A DNA stretch of 64,000 nucleotides, from the NCBI GenBank assembly GCA_017548505.1, contig JAFYZX010000005.1, positions 385 through 64,384 of the forward strand, in the 5' to 3' direction. Under the pieces are notes generated by a model. The model made no database searches, was not told the DNA's origin, and worked only from the letters and a program-made list of their open reading frames with translations. The position numbers and the translations under genes are program-made. This document shows positions 63,285 to 64,000 of this stretch, one piece after another. The stretch's first letter is position 1, and every line of letters begins with the position of its first letter. Source of the DNA: Bacteroidales bacterium (lineage in GTDB: Bacteria; Bacteroidota; Bacteroidia; Bacteroidales; UBA932).

Positions 63285-64000
63285 TCAGTCTTCCATAGAT
63301 TTCTTGTTGAACAGCAGCAGTCCGATGTTTATCTGAGGATACCATTTGTACTCTCCGTGGCTGTAATAGGTTGTGGAAAGGGAGATTGGACCTATCGGAC
63401 TCTGCCAGACCAGGGCTGCGTTTGCAATCCAGTGCCCCTTTGGCATCTTTTCCGAATAAGTGAAGCTCCATCCGTCTGCATCCTTGGTAATATGCCTGTA
63501 AGGCTGGAAATACGCTCCTGTCGTGTGCAGGTAAACCTTGTCTGCAAAGCGGATTACAGGATGCAGTGCCACGGCTCCGAACGTGTTGGCCCTATAGCCT
63601 TCCATAAGCAAGGTTGTGGCGTGCGGAACCGGCTGGTATGCAGGCATTGCCAGAAGGTCTGAATAATAATTGGCAAACTTTCCCTTCTGGCTTAATACCA
63701 TATCCAGCGAGGCACCAATGGAGAAGTTCTTGTCTGCCCTAAGATATCTTTCTCCCGTTATTCTCAGCGACGGGATATTGTGCTTTTTGCCCTTGATGTG
63801 CACTGCCGCGTGGTTGGTGGAGCCCGGGGAATACTCTTCCACCACGTAGGTGAATCTAGGCCTTATGCTCCACATAACTCCCACAGTTGGGTAGAGAGGA
63901 TAGTCCAGAGTGTTCTTTTTCAGGACTACCTTGGCTGAAACCAGAAACGCGCTTCCCTTGTCCGGAGTATCTGTGCTCAGATAATCTTCCGTCAGATAGA
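63285..64000 (-). CDS. beta-rich outer-membrane-type protein, N-terminus outside window
   Basis: The reading frame stays open from 63884 to the window edge by my own translation (...YLTEDYLSTDTPDKGSAFLVSAKVVLKKNTLDYPLYPTVGVMWSIRP). It has alternating hydrophobic/aromatic beta-strand character and ends ...GLLLFNKKSMED. Family not recognised. Confidence 0.45.
   Translation of the reverse strand, partial: YLTEDYLSTDTPDKGSAFLVSAKVVLKKNTLDYPLYPTVGVMWSIRPRFTYVVEEYSPGSTNHAAVHIKGKKHNIPSLRITGERYLRADKNFSIGASLDMVLSQKGKFANYYSDLLAMPAYQPVPHATTLLMEGYRANTFGAVALHPVIRFADKVYLHTTGAYFQPYRHITKDADGWSFTYSEKMPKGHWIANAALVWQSPIGPISLSTTYYSHGEYKWYPQINIGLLLFNKKSMED

Overview
Chromosomal segment of a Bacteroidales-type (Bacteroidota) genome, about 50% GC. 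The assignment rests on a SusC/SusD pair, many TAnnTTTG -7 promoter boxes, a DAHP-synthase/chorismate-mutase fusion and a glsB/glsA-like lipid pair. Most of the window is housekeeping. It holds an aromatic amino acid cluster (aroC, an aroD-aroA fusion, aroB, DAHPS-CM), dusB, rplM-rpsI, rpsB-tsf, lpxK, miaB, rpoN, upp, radC, rpsT plus tRNA-Glu, rseP-dxr, ruvX, def, and an in-frame dut-murF fusion next to a flippase. A SusC/SusD locus (18.3-24.3 kb) has no CAZymes or regulator. Two regions are not ordinary. (1) 26.5-33.8 kb is a tightly packed minus-strand operon of uncharacterised membrane proteins. Two zinc-ribbon membrane proteins bracket a 1259-aa giant protein, followed by a 68-aa two-TM protein, a lectin-like (FISUMP/DUF1566-type) lipoprotein and a possible 39-aa upstream sORF. 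This is my best candidate for an undescribed system. (2) 33.6-41.8 kb is an accessory island ending at tRNA-Leu(CAA). The last 14 nt of the tRNA plus 5-6 nt of downstream flank are duplicated twice in direct orientation. The duplicates delimit two ~3.6-3.7 kb AraC-regulated redox/detox modules with no integrase. They sit in a mosaic repeat family with TGGTCAA iteron-like motifs, a ~1 kb gene-free repeat hub and a run of four GC-rich mini-hairpins. Smaller oddities are a ~120-nt nested-hairpin element after def, a 52-bp tandem hairpin repeat, and several genes whose start codon lies only 4-8 nt after the -7 box. All functional calls rest on motif recognition by eye; no database search was run.
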